From NCBI GenBank assembly GCA_950097015.1, contig CATNEN010000001.1, positions 17,856,001 through 17,920,000 on the forward strand: a DNA stretch of 64,000 nucleotides. The letters run 5' to 3'. Of the stretch, positions 47,372 to 61,378 are shown piece after piece. The notes beneath the pieces are model-generated. The model searched no databases and was not told where the DNA came from. It was given only the letters and a program-made list of their open reading frames with translations. A program made the translations under genes and the position numbers. This stretch comes from Macrostomum hystrix. Its lineage: Eukaryota; Animalia; Platyhelminthes. Every line of letters starts with the position of its first letter. Position 1 is the first letter of the stretch.

Positions 47372-49790
47372 CTACTCTCCCCAAATCTTCCCCTGAGATC
47401 TCCCAAAATCTTCCCCTGAGATCTCCCCAAATCTTCCCCTGAGATCTCCCCTAAATATTCCCCCGATCTCCCCAAATATTCCCCGATCTCCCCAAATATT
47501 CCCCGATCTCCCCAAATATTCCCCGATCTCCCAAAATCTTCCCCTGATATCTCCCCTAAATATTCCCCCGATCTCCCCAAATCTACCCCCGATCTCTCAC
47601 AAATCTACCCCGGATCTCCCCAAATATTCCCCCGATCTCCCCAAATCTACCCCCGATCTCTCACAAATCTACCCCCGATATCCCCAAATCTACCCCCGAT
47701 CTCCCCAAATATTCCCCGATCTCCCCAAATATTCCCCGATCTCCCCAAATCTTCCCCTGAGATTTCCCCTAAATCTACCCCGATCTCCCCAAATATTCCC
47801 CGATCTCCCCAAATATTCCCCGATCTCCCCAAATCTTCCCCTGAGATCTCCCCTAAATATTCCCCCCCGATCTCCCCAAATATTCCCCCGATCTCCCCAA
47901 ATCTTCCCCTGAGATCTCCACTAAATATTCCCCCGATCTCCCCAAATATTCCCCCGATCTCCCCAAATCTACCCCCGATCTCTCACAAATCTACCCCTGA
48001 TCTCCCCAAATATTCCCCCGATCTCCCCAAATATTCCCCGATCTCCCCAAATATTCCCCGATCTCCCCAAATCTTCCCCTGAGATCTCCCCTAAATATTC
48101 CCCCGATCTCCCCAAATATTCCCCGATCTCCCCAAATATTCCCCGATCTCCACAAATCTTCCCCGAGATCTCCCCTAAATATTCCCCCGATCTCCCCAAA
48201 TATTCCCCGATCTCCCCAAATCTTCCCCTGAGATCTCCACTAAATATTCCCCCGATCTCCCCAAATATTCCCCCGATCTCACCAAATCTACCCCCTATCT
48301 CTCACAAATCTACCCCTGATCTCCCCAAATATTCCCCCGATCTCCCCAAATATTCCCCGATCTCCCCAAATATTCCCCGATCTCCCCAAATATTCCCCGA
48401 TCTCCCCAAATCTTCCCCTGAGATCTCCCCTAAATATTCCCCGATCTCCCCAAATATTCCCCGATCTCCCCAAATATTCCCCGATCTCCCAAAATCTTCC
48501 CCTGAGATCTCCCCTAAATATTCCCCCGATCTCCCCAAATCTACCCCCGATCTCTCACAAATCTACCCCCGATCTCCCCAAATATTCCCCCGATCTCCCC
48601 AAATCTACCCCCGATCTCTCACAAATCTACCCCCGATATCCCCAAATCTACCCCCGATCTCCCCAAATATTCCCCGATCTCCCCAAATATTCCCCGATCT
48701 CCCCAAATCTTCCCCTGAGATTTCCCCTAAATCTACCCCGATCTCCCCAAATATTCCCCGATCTCCCCAAATATTCCCCGATCTCCCCAAATCTTCCCCT
48801 GAGATCTCCCCTAAATATTCCCCCCCGATCTCCCCAAATATTCCCCCGATCTCCCCAAATATTCCCCGCTCTCCCCAAATCTACCCCCCATCTCTCACAA
48901 ATCTACCCCCCAATCTCCCCAAATCTTCCCCCGATCTCCCCAAATCTTCCCCCGATCTCCCCAAATCTACCCCGATCTCCCCAAATCTACCCCGATCTCC
49001 CCAAATCTTTCCCTGAGATCTCCCCTAAATATTCCCCGATCTCCCCAAATATTCCCCCGATCTCCCCAAATATTCCCCGATCTCCCCAAATCTTCCCCCG
49101 ATCTCCCCAAATCTACCCCGATCTCCCCAATTCTACCCCGATCTCCCCAAATCTACCCCGATCTCTCACAAATATTCCCCCCGATCTCCCAAAATCTACC
49201 CCGATCTCCCCAAATCTTCCCCTGAGATCTCCCCTAAATATTCCCCTGATCTCCCCAAATATTCCCCTGATCTCCCCAAATATTCCCCGATCTCCCCAAA
49301 TCTACCCCGATCTCCCCAAATCTACCCCGATCTCCCCAAATCTACCCCGATCTCTCACAAATATTCCCCCCGATCTCCCAAAATCTACCCCGATCTCCCC
49401 AAATCTTCCCCTGAGATCTCCCCTAAATATTCCCCCGATCTCCCCAAATATTCCCCGATCTCCCCAAATATTCCCCGATCTCCCCAAATCTACCCCGATC
49501 TCCCCAAATATTCCCCGATCTCCCCAAATCTACCCCCGATCTCCCCAAATCTACCCTACGATCTCCCCAAATCTACCCCGATCTCTCACAAATCTACCCA
49601 CATCTCCCCAAATCTTCCCCCAATCTCCCCAAACCTACCCCGATCTCCCCAAATCTACCCCCGATCTCCCCAAAATCTACCCCGTTCTCCCCAAATCTAC
49701 CCCCGATCTCCCCAAACCTACCCCGATCTCCCCAAATCTACCCCCGATCTCCCCAAATCTACCCCGTTCTCCCCAAATCTTCCCCGCTTT
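47372..49790. repeat. ~20-bp C-rich minisatellite (ccccgatctccccaaatatt)
   Basis: About 2.4 kb array with higher-order duplications. Confidence 0.95.
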
Positions 49791-50027
49791 CAAAAAGCAA
49801 TTTTCTGTAGCCTCTAAGAATTTATTTTAACTCTTTAATCATCCCTTTAAGATCATACTAGCTCACTCCTCATTGGTCAGCTAGTCTTCTGTGCCACCCA
49901 GCCAACCAGTCCACACTCTCACCCTCCCTAAACTTTCCAAACTAAATGCCAGCACCAGTTTCTAAAATTGCCATTGACTCAGCAGTGTTGGATTGAGGGC
50001 GTTCACCTTTGACAAACTCGCTCAGCC

Positions 50028-51960
50028 ATGGTGCTGGTGGTTGAAGACTCCTGCCTGATGGTTGCAGCCAGCAGGTCCTTCCACCGGGTGAGTGGCATCA
50101 GCTTTGAAACTACTGCGACTAGGCACCTGTTCAATGCATCTGCCTCTCCCAATCTCACCCTAACTCTCTTAATCTCACCCTAACTCTCTCAATCTCACTC
50201 TGCCTCTCCCAATCTCACTCTGCCTCTCCCAATCTCACTCTGCCTCTCCCAATCTCACTCTGCCTCTCCCAATCTCACTCTACATCTCTCAATCTCACTC
50301 TACCTCTCTCAATCTCACTCTACATCTCTCAATCTCACTCTACATCTCTCAATCTCACTCAACCTCTCTCAATCTCACTCTACCTCTCTCAATCTCACTC
50401 TACCTCTCTCAATCTCACCCTAACTCTCCCAATCTCACTCTGCCTCTCCCAATCTCACTCTCCCTCTCCCAATCTCACTCTACATCTCCCAATCTCACTC
50501 TGCCTCTCTCAATCTCACTCTACATCTCTCAATCTCACTCTACATCTCTCAATCTCACTCTACCTCTCTCAATCTCACTCAACCTCTCTCAATCTCACTC
50601 TACCTCTCTCAATCTCACTCTACCTCTCTCAATCTCACTCTACCTCTCTCAATCTCACTCTGACTCTCCCAATCTCACTCTGCCTCTCCCAATCTCACTC
50701 TGCCTCTCTCAATCTCACTCTGCCTCTCTCAATCTCACTCTACCTCTCCCAATCTCACTCTGCCTCTCCCAATCTCACTCTGCCTCTCCCAATCTCACTC
50801 TACCTCTCCTAATCTCACTCTGCCTCTCCCAATCTCACTCTGCCTCTCCCAATCTCACTCTGCCTCTCCCAATCTCACTCTGCCTCTCCCAATCTCACTC
50901 TGACTCTCCCAATCTCACTCTACATCTCTCAATCTCACTCTACCTCTCTCAATCTCACTCTACATCTCTCAATCTCACTCTACATCTCTCAATCTCACCC
51001 TAACTCTCCCTATCTCACTCTACCTCTCTCAATCTCACTCTGCCTCTCTCAATCTTACTCTGCCTCTCCCAATCTCACTCTGCCTCTCCCAATCTCACTC
51101 TGCCTCTCCCAATCTCACTCTGCCTCTCCCAATCTCACTCTGCCTCTCTCAATCTCACCCTAACTCTCCCAATCTCACCCTACCTCTCTTAATCTCACCC
51201 TACCTCTCTTTATCTCACCCTCACTCTCTCAATCTCACCCTAACTCTCTCGATCTCACCCTAATTCTCTCAATCTCACTCCGCCTCTCCCGCAGCCGCGC
51301 CCGCTGTCGCAGTCGGTCAACAATCATCAGCGCAGCGCTGCCAGTCGGTCGCAGCTGCTGGCGCCCATCTGCTGCCAGCCTGCAGGCATGTCGGCATCGC
51401 ACTCGTCAGCCGCGCATTTCTCCGAGTCCATCTGCATCAGGCCGGACATTGCTCGAGTTGGCTCAGTGGCAGCCGATTGCGCCAGCGGCGTCACCATGAC
51501 AACCGAGTCAATCCTGCTCTACAGCTCGCGTCTGTATCAGCAGGAGGTTCGGCTGTTGCTGCAGCCGCAGGCGGTGGTGTCCAGCAAGCTGCAGCTGGTC
51601 ACCACGCCAGACGGCCGGTCAGTCACCCGCCGGGTTGTGGTCTGCGGTCCGCGCTGGGTCGAGTCCGGCCGCTCCTGCAGCCAGCGGGATGACCCGGAGG
51701 CCCAGCCCGTCACCTACTTCGCCAGCCGGGTCAGCCGGGCCGGCGTCAGGCACGAATTCCGCAGCGAACTCAGTCTGCCCAGACTGAAGACTTTGAGCAG
51801 TGCGGACTCGCAGCTGGCTGGCGGAATTCTTGAGCACATCCGGCGTCAGCGCTACCACCTGTGCGAGAGATTTTTCATGCTCAATGTCAACAACAACGAG
51901 GCCACCGTGCCGCTGTCCGTGTTCAGGGTCATCACAAATGAGTGCGCCACTAGTCAGAAG

Positions 51961-51997
<37 letters not shown>

Positions 51998-52059
51998 TGA
52001 AGCAGAAGCGACAGAAACTTTTTGCCTCCGCTTCGAAACTCAGTTTGAAGGCTTCGTGA
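50028..52059 (+). CDS. 274-aa two-exon protein with C-terminal polyQ, weakly refilin/FAM101-like
   Basis: Exons 50028-50087 (gccATGg...CGG|GTGAGT) and 51295-52059 (ccgcag|), in frame, GC-rich codon usage. The family call is weak. Confidence 0.65.
50140..51290. repeat. 20-bp intronic minisatellite (aatctcactctgcctctccc)
   Basis: About 57 copies running right up to the acceptor at 51294. Confidence 0.95.
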
Positions 52060-52199
52060 TTTAGGACAAATTTAATCAACAAGGTATTAAGCGATCTGCT
52101 TGTATTGGTCATTCCACTCCGTGTTCTTGCTTCGTAGATTTCGGCCCCCACATGACGCCTTCCTCCCTTATTTCTTCCCTTTTTAATCCATATTTTTCC

Positions 52200-52925
52200 C
52201 TCCCTTTCATCCACCTCCCTTTCTCCCCATCTTCATCCCTATCTCCCCATCTCCCTCCCATTTTTCCCATCTTCCTTCCTTCCTCCTTATCTTCATCCCT
52301 TTCTCCCCATCTTCATCCCTTTCTCCCCATCTTCCTTCCTTTCTCCCCATCTCCCTCCCTTTTTTCCCATCTTCCTTCCTTTCTCCCCATCTTCCTCCCT
52401 TTCTCCCCATCTTCCTCCCTTTCTTCCCATCTTCATCCCTTTCTCCCCATCTTCCTCCCTTTCTCCCCATCTTCCTCCCTTTTTTCCCATCTTCCTTCCT
52501 TTCTCCCCATCTTCCTCCCTTTCTCCCCATCTTCCTCCCTTTCTCCCCATCTTCCTCCCTTTCTCCCCATCTTCCTCCCTTTCTTCCCATCTTCCTCCCT
52601 TTCTTCCCATCTTCCTTCCTTTCTCCCTATCTTCCTCCCTTTCTCCCCATCTTCCTCCCTTTCTCCCCATCTTCCTCCCTTTTTCCCCATCTTCCTCCCT
52701 TTCTCCCCATCTTCCTCCCTTTCTCCCCATCTTCCTCCCTTTCTCCCCATCTTCCTCCCTTTCTCCCCATCTTCCTCCCTTTCTCCCCATCTTCCTCCCT
52801 TTCTCCCCATCTTCCTCCCTTTCTTCCCATCTTCCTCCCTTTCTCCCCATCTTCCTCCCTTTCTCCCCATCTTCCTCCCTTTCTTCCCATCTTCCTCCCT
52901 TTCTTCCCATCTTCCTCCATTGCTC
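52200..52925. repeat. 20-bp CT minisatellite (ttctccccatcttcctccct)
   Basis: About 35 copies. Confidence 0.95.
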
Positions 52926-53206
52926 CCTCCTTTTTTGTCGAAGTATCGGCTCCTAATTAGTTGTGTTGAATCCAATCTGAAGACCTAACAGTTTTATTAT
53001 ACACTTTTGAATGACAATTGAATTCTGCTTTTTTTCTTACTTAAACTACTTCTGTGTTAAAGCAACAGTAGTCATGTGCGAATCAACATGATATTTTTTG
53101 TCAGATAATAATTATACCTGCCGACATGAAAACTACCGGTTTCAATTATTTGTTGTTATACTAATTAAACCAAAAATGCCTGTACGAGTTGCTTGCTATA
53201 AAAATA

Positions 53207-53966
53207 CCACCCTGAAGTATCAGAGGATAAGCAGCTGTCACCCTGTAGTATCAGAGGATAAGCTGCTGTCACCCTGTAGTATCAGAGGATAAGCTGCTGT
53301 CACCCTGTAGTATCAGAGGATAAGCAGCTGTCACCCTGAAGTATCAGAGGATAAGCAGCTGTCACCCTGTAGTATCAGAGGATAAGCAGCTGACACCCTG
53401 AAGTATCAGAGGATAAGCAGCTGACACCCTGAAGTATCAGAGGATAAGCAGTTGTCACCCTGAAGTATCAGAGGATAAGCAGTTGTCACCCTGAAGTATC
53501 AGAGGATAAGCAGCTGTCACCCTGTAGTATCGGAGGATAAGCAGCTGTCACTCTGGAGAATCAGAGGATAAGCAGCTGTCACCCTGAAGAATCAGAGGAT
53601 AAGCAGCTGTCACCCTGAAGAATCAGAGGATAAGCAGTTGTCACCCTGAAGAATCAGAGGATAAGCAGCTGTCACCCTGAAGAATCAGAGGATAAGCAGC
53701 TGTCACCCTGAAGAATCAGAGGATAAGCAGTTGTCACCCTGAAGAATCAGAGGATAAGCAGCTGTCACCCTGAAGAATCAGAGGATAAGCAGCTGTCACC
53801 CTGAAGAATCAGAGGATAAGCAGCTGACACCCTGAAGTATCAGAGGATAAGCAGCTGTCACCCTGTAGTATCAGAGGATAAGCAGCTGACACCCTGAAGA
53901 ATCAGAGGATAAGCAGCTGTCACCCTGAAGAATCAGAGGATAAGCAGCTGACACCCTGAAGTATCG
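53207..53966. repeat. 31-bp minisatellite (cagaggataagcagctgtcaccctgaagtat)
   Basis: About 24 copies. Confidence 0.95.
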
Positions 53967-54439
53967 GATAATAACACAGGTTCCAAACTCAAACTAGAGA
54001 TTTTCACAAAAATGCGTTTTATTCTACTTTTCTGATAAGCAAGTAGTCAGATAAGTAGTTGCTTGGCAAATGCAATTTCTTTGCCTAAAGTGACTTTAAT
54101 CTTCCGCCAATAAGAAAGCAGCTGTTGAGAAGAGGAACATGTGTAAGCACCAATGAGTGCGCTAGGGAACAGGATCTGGGGATAAAGGCTTGAGCAGCAG
54201 TTGGATTCTAATAAGGACCCTGAGATTCCTGTTGGATTGTCTGCAACTTCAGCAGCGACTGCATCTGGGCTTGAAGAGCAGAGCGTGGATTTCTAGGAAA
54301 AATGCCCCAACGGAGGGGATTTTTGGCCCCGCAGAACACATTTTTGGACACCATCGCCACGCGATTCGATGGCACTCGTGAGTTCGTTTGCTTGACCTGT
54401 GCGCTTATTAATAATAGAGCTTAATTATGAGTTGTGAAT

Positions 54440-54760
54440 TTCAGAAACCTGACTTTCGGGTTTCTAAAGTTTCGGAACCTGAATTTATTAGGTTTTCGGA
54501 AACTGGGTATTTGGGTTTCGGAAACTGGATTTTCAGTTTTCGGAAACTGGATTTTCGGGTTTCGGAAACTGGATTTTCGAGTTTCGGAAACTGGATTTTC
54601 AGGTTTCGGAAACTGGATTTTCGGGTTTCGGATACTGGATTTTCGGGTTTCGGAAACTGGATTTTCGGGTTTCGGAAACTGGATTTTCGGGTTTCGGAAA
54701 CTGGATTTTCGGGTTTCGGAAACTGGATTTTCGGGTTTCGGAAACTGGATTTTCGGGTTT
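54440..54760. repeat. 22-bp minisatellite (ggaaactggattttcgggtttc)
   Basis: About 14 copies. Confidence 0.9.
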
Positions 54761-55219
54761 ATAGATCTTGTTTCTGGTATATTATTAGTTAATTAACCGA
54801 TTAAGCAATCGAACAAATCTGGACAATGAGTCCCTTTGTAACCAATCAGAATCATTAATTGCTGAATAAGTTTTTATTTCGTGAGCGATTTGCTGGTGTG
54901 TAGCGATAATCAAGCACTTTGATGGTAAACAGTGCTAGCTTTGAGTACATTTGGCTGCATGAGTTGCTATCGTTCTCATTGTGCTACTTAGAAGAATAAA
55001 CTCAACAGACTCTACACAGCCCAGCGATAGCTTTGATTGCACAGCTGCTTGGGTCAATGTCGGGACAGACTTTTATGAGGCCCGGGCCGGGATCAGTGGG
55101 ACCTGATTTCTTGCCGATCCCGGCGTGGCCCAGCCGTAATCCCTGATCCCCTAGGCGCATTGTTCACATACTGCTTGGGCAATACTGGAGAAATCTGAGA
55201 GGAAGAGACACATAGGATT

Positions 55220-57340
55220 GTAGAACAGGGAGAGGGCAGAGATAGAACAGGGAGAGGGGAGAGATAGAACAGGGAGAAGAGAGAGATAGAACAGGAAAGG
55301 GGAGAGATAGAACAGGGAGAGGGGAGAGATAGAACAGGGAGAGGGGAGAGATAGAACAGGGAGAAGAGAGAGATAGAACAGGAAAGGGGAGAGATAGAAC
55401 AGGGAGAGGGGAGAGATAGAACAGGGAGAGGGGAGAGATAGAACAGGGAGAAGAGAGAGATAGAACAGGGAGGGATAGAACAAGGACAGGGGAGAGATAG
55501 AACAGGGAGAGGGGAGAGATATAACAGGGAGAGATAGAACAAGGAGAGGGGAGAGATAGAACAGGGAGATATAGAACAGGGAGAAGGGAGAGATAGAACA
55601 GGGAGAGATAGAACAGGGAGGGATAGAACAGGGAGAAGGGAGAGCTAGAACAGGGAGAGATAGAACAGGGAGGAGGGAGAGATAGAACAGGGGGATATAG
55701 AACAGGGAGAGGGGAGAGATAGAACAGGGAGAAGGGAGAGATAGAACAGGGAGGGATAGAACAGGGAGAAGGGAGAAATAGAACAGGGAGAGATAGAACA
55801 GGGAGAAGGGAGAGATAGAACAGGGGGATATAGAACAGGGAGAGGGGAGAGATAGAACAGGGAGAGATTGAACAGGGAGAAGGGAGAGATAGAACAGGGG
55901 GATATAGAACAGGGAGAGGGGAGAGATAGAACAGGGAGAAGGGAGAGATAGAACAGGGAGAGATTGAACAGGGAGAAGGGAGAGATAGAACAGGGAGAGA
56001 TAGAACAGGGAGAAGGAAGAGATAGAACAGGGAGAGATAGAACAGGGAGAAGGGAGAGATAGAACAGGGAGAGATAGAACAGGGAGAAGGGACAACTAGA
56101 ACTGGAATAGGAGAGAAACGCGGAGAGAAAGAATGATTTCCAACTAAACCACAATTAGCTTACTGTTATTCAGTCCACAGTCGCATGTCATTGCATTGAG
56201 GATATTGAAACTATTGTTATTGCGGTGTCACCAGCAAAACAATCTACTAATGCCTGGAAGTATAAATATATACTGGAGATCGCAAGCGTCAGTAAAGACA
56301 ATTCTGATTCGATCGCTGTATTGTACTAGAAGTTCCTAGAAAAATGCCCACTGAAACACAATATCATTCGCATCTCATTCCACGCCCGAGTCCCATGGTG
56401 ACTAAAGCATCTGTAGATTAAGTGATGTTCCCCTTTTAGCCTGATTACTCAAGCCACTTGTGTTAGTCGAATAGTCATATCAATGATCATTGGTGCTCAT
56501 ACTAAGGCTTAGTCCTTGAGCAAATAATTGAGCAGCGATCATGTTGAGCAGGTAGACAGTGCAATTACCCCCCTAGCAACTAACCTGCACAGACAAGCCG
56601 GTCTCCGGTTGCTCAGCCGTCGAAAAAAAAGTAAGAAAAAGGAAGTTCTCCATCTGGCTTGTTGGGTTGAGTATAGGACTCCGACATGACTGCTCACACC
56701 TCCAACGCCTCCGCCATCGACTTCTTCCTTGCTGCCGCCAGTCATTATGACTCCATCGCCACTCCTGACTCACTGCCTGCATTCTCTATGCATACTGTGA
56801 GTCACAGCTCAGATTTCACGTCTGGCAGTCGCTACCAACAAAGCTGAGTGCAGACATCCCACTGACCACCCTGACACCATCTAGACTGCTCTGCCTAACC
56901 ACTGTGTTCTATCTTTCCCTGTTCCATCTCTCCCCTCTCCCTATCCTCTCTCCCCTCTCCCTGTTCTATCTCTCCCCTCTCCCTATTCTATCTCCTCCAT
57001 CTCCCTGTTCTATCTCTCCCCTCTCCCTGTTCTATCTCTCCCCTCTCCCTGTTCTATCTCTCCCCTCTCCCTGTTCTATCTCTCCCCTCTTCCTGTTCTA
57101 TCTCTCCCCTCTCCCTATCCTATCTCTCCCCTCTCCCTATCGTATCTCTCCCTCTCCCTGTTCTATCTCTCCACCTCCCTGTTCTATCTCCTCCATCTCC
57201 GTGTTCTATCTCCTCCATCTCCCTGTTCTATCTCCTCCATCTCCGTGTTCTATCTCCTCCATCTCCCTGTTCTATCTCTCCCCTCTTGTCCTCTTCTATC
57301 TTTCCTCTTTCCTGTTCTTTCTGTCCCGTCTACCTATTCT
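55220..57340. repeat. Inverted pair of gagatagaacagggagagg minisatellite arrays (55220-56092 and 56905-57340)
   Basis: The right array is the reverse complement of the left unit. Confidence 0.9.
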
Positions 57341-58031
57341 ATCTCTTCAGAATGAGAAGTATTCAGGCTTCTCGTTCTTTAATAGTTTGATGCTCTGAGG
57401 TCAAGGCTCATACGTCTTATAAGCCCTGAATTGAGTGCCACCTTTGTTAAAAACAATCATTCATGCATAAGTTTAAAGTTTTCTTCCTAATTCAACAGTC
57501 GCTACTAAAGCATGGTCAGAATATTCATTGCGATGGAAAGAGCTTGGAAAACAACTGCTTTCCGACACTTTTGGACACCTCGAAGTCTAACTATAAGTGG
57601 CACAGCTAATTTTACAATGCGCCGCACAGAATTTTGCTTCTAGAAGCACATTTTAACCTCATAATCAAATTAGCCACCCACCTACCCTCAAAGTCCTGCG
57701 CCCGTTCAGAACTGCTTAAAAACTGAAAAAGAAATCTAGAAAGGCCCCAGTAGACAGGGTTGAAAGCTTCTAATACTGCAGGACTTCACATCCCAGCAGC
57801 TTTGCATTAGGCCGGAAAAGAGGAGAAACTGATTTTTAATTGCACCGCACAGCATTTGGCGCTAGGCAGGTGCTTGATAGGCGGTTTTGGTCCAAGTCCA
57901 GACCAGCGACAATTCAGGCTTAATAAAATTTCTGGATGAAATTTCAGATTTTTATTTCTACTGCGGTTTCTGATTGGGTTTCTGGGCCCGGCAATGTGTT
58001 AAAAGGACTTTTACTTTACCTTTATCACATA

Positions 58032-58172
<141 letters not shown>

Positions 58173-58994
58173 ATTGAAAGCCCTCCTAAGGCTGTAACTA
58201 GGCAATTTAAGTCGCCAATAAGTGCAGAACTTTCTCCAGCCGGGATTTCATTCTTTGCCCTATTGGCCCCGTCAATTCCTCTCTTTCCCTGTCTCCCCCT
58301 TCGCCCTGGCAACAAATTTGATGGCCGCCGCAGGAGCAGAAAGTGGGGGGAAGTTCTGTGTGGCTGATGAGGACGCTGCAGCATCATTCCGCATCAGCTG
58401 GGCCCCATAACACACCGGGGGATGGTCTGAGGCGAATGGTCAAAGCTAACTGGGCCATTTTCAGTGGGATAAATTAGCAATCAGTTCTGAGTCTATACTC
58501 GGGGACGCTGAGAATAGAAGTCGGGCGGTGGGGGGAGATGGAGAAGAATGGCAAAAACGATGAATTCAAAGAGAGAGAGAGGGGTCGCAGCCTTCCTGTT
58601 CCTTGCGCTATAGCGGAATAAATAGTGCACAGCAGCAGCAACAGCAGCAGCAACAGAAACAGCAGCAGCAGCAGCCGTTCACTTCCTGAAAGTTCGTTTG
58701 CAGCCTTTTGTGAAAACATTTTTCTACTAAAAGCGGCCCTATACGCAAGAATCGCTTGCTGGCCTAAAGAAACCAGTGAGAGTGGCCAGTGCGAGGAAGT
58801 GCGCCTGTTCGAATCCCAGCAATCTCTGACTGAGCTCGCTGATTCCTCCTTTGCAAACAAATAGCACATGATTTAGCCAGTTCTGATTGACTGGCTGAAT
58901 TGCTGCTGAAGGAGTGAGCTCAGATGAGTCCAGCATGCTTGGGACACTGGACTGCTCAACGGTTGAAGTGTTTACTTGCTAAAAAATAGGACAG

Positions 58995-59340
58995 TTAGAA
59001 AGAGATTAAAAGAAAAGAGAAAGCGGGGAGAAAGAGGGCGAAGGAGGGCAGAAAGAGAGGGATGACTGAGGGGTAGAAAGAGGGTGGAGGGGGAGGGGGA
59101 GAAAGAGGGTGGAGGGGGGGAGAAAGAGAGGGGCGACAGAGGGGGAGAAAGAGGGTGGAGGAGGGGGAGAAAGAGATAGTAGACAGAGCGGGGAGAAAGA
59201 GGGTGGAGGAGTAGGGGGCAGAAAGATAGGGTAGAAAGAGGAAGAGAAACAGTGAGAAAGGAAGGAGAGAATGAAAGGGCGAAAGGGAGAAAGAGTGGTG
59301 AAAAAGAGCGGCAGAAAGAGGAAGAACAAGAAGGGAAATT
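58995..59340. repeat. GA-rich low-complexity tract
   Basis: Purine-rich degenerate repeats. Confidence 0.8.
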
Positions 59341-60019
59341 AAAAGTATCAAAAAATCCACTTTGGCTGAAAGAGAGCGTGGACTCAGTTTGAGATGGAGA
59401 GAGTGGTGGAAGTGAAATAAAAAAGCAGTGAAAATGAATAAAAAATCTGAACAAAATAATATGTGAAAGCCGAAGACTAAAAATAGTCTAAAAAATATCC
59501 GAAATCATGGCACAGACAGTTGGGGGGATTAATTTAAACAAGTATTCCACCAGATTAGAGACCGAGTTGATGCTAGTTAGGCCCAGTGCCGCCACTCATA
59601 TAGCTGAGCAGTGCTCAAAGCCAATGCCCAATGTATCAGTTGTCCTGCATGGCATGGCATGCGGGAACCGCCACCTCACCCACCTCCAGGACCGACTCCG
59701 TGTTGGTCGGCTAAGGGAGAGAAAGGATTGAGCAGCCTTGACTGGGCGAGAACTGTCTGGCATTGCTGTGAGAGAGAGGAGGTGGGGTGGCTGCGGCAGC
59801 GACTGCGCTGAATGCGGAATGAGCTCCGGGAGAGTTGCTTTTCGCTGCAAAACAAAAGCGACGGACTCATGGAACAGGGGCTGCAAAATTGCCTGGCCTG
59901 GCTTTGCTAGGAGAAACTAGTAAAAACTATTGCTATAGAGAATATTGCGTACCGGGAAGGTGGGAATGGCATTTCCCGATTTGCAGCAGACAATGACCTT
60001 TGCTTTTAGTTACTGCATT

Positions 60020-60713
<694 letters not shown>

Positions 60714-61009
60714 GGCAGTCAGATTCAGCTCCTGGGAATGTCGAGTGTGGCAACAGGACCATCTGTGCTGTCCCAGGATTTCACAGTCCGCTGATCATAG
60801 AGAAGGAAATGCCGCAATAGGCTTTACAAGCATGCAAATATGCCATTGGGGCTGAATTAATAAGCCATCCAAACTAAGGTCACGAACCTTGGAAACCTTG
60901 GCGGGAATTCTTTAATGATTTTTCATTCTCAAATTACATTTGTTTTTGTTTCGCATTATGGCCGTGTTACTACGCATGAAGAGAACGTTTTGACATCTTG
61001 GGCAAGAGA

Positions 61010-61378
61010 AAGATGGGGAGAGAATGAGAGGGAGAGTAAATGGGAGAGTAAAATGGAAAGTTAAAGGGACAGTTTAAGGGAGAGTGAGAGGGGGGAAAGA
61101 AGGAGGGTGAGATTAAAAGGGAGAGTGAGAAGGAGGGTGAGAGTAAAAGGGAGAGTGAGAAGGAGGGTGAGAGTAAAAGGGAGAGTGAGAAGGAGGGTGA
61201 GAGTAAAAGGGAGAGTGAGAATGAGGGTGAGAGTGAGAAGGAGAGTGAGAAGGAGAGTGAGAGGGAGAGTGAGAGGGAGAGTGGGTGGAGAGTGAGAGGG
61301 AGAGTGAGAGGGAGAGTGAGAAGGAGAGTGAGAGGGAGGGTGAGAGGGAGAGTGGGCGGAGAGTGAGAGGGAGGGTCT
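61010..61378. repeat. GA-rich minisatellite (gggagagtgaga)
   Basis: Degenerate 12/30-bp units. Confidence 0.85.

Noticed and set aside
55078-55132. GC-rich hairpin as a pre-miRNA
   Set aside because: The stem is only ~16 bp with several GU pairs and a mismatch; no recognisable mature sequence.
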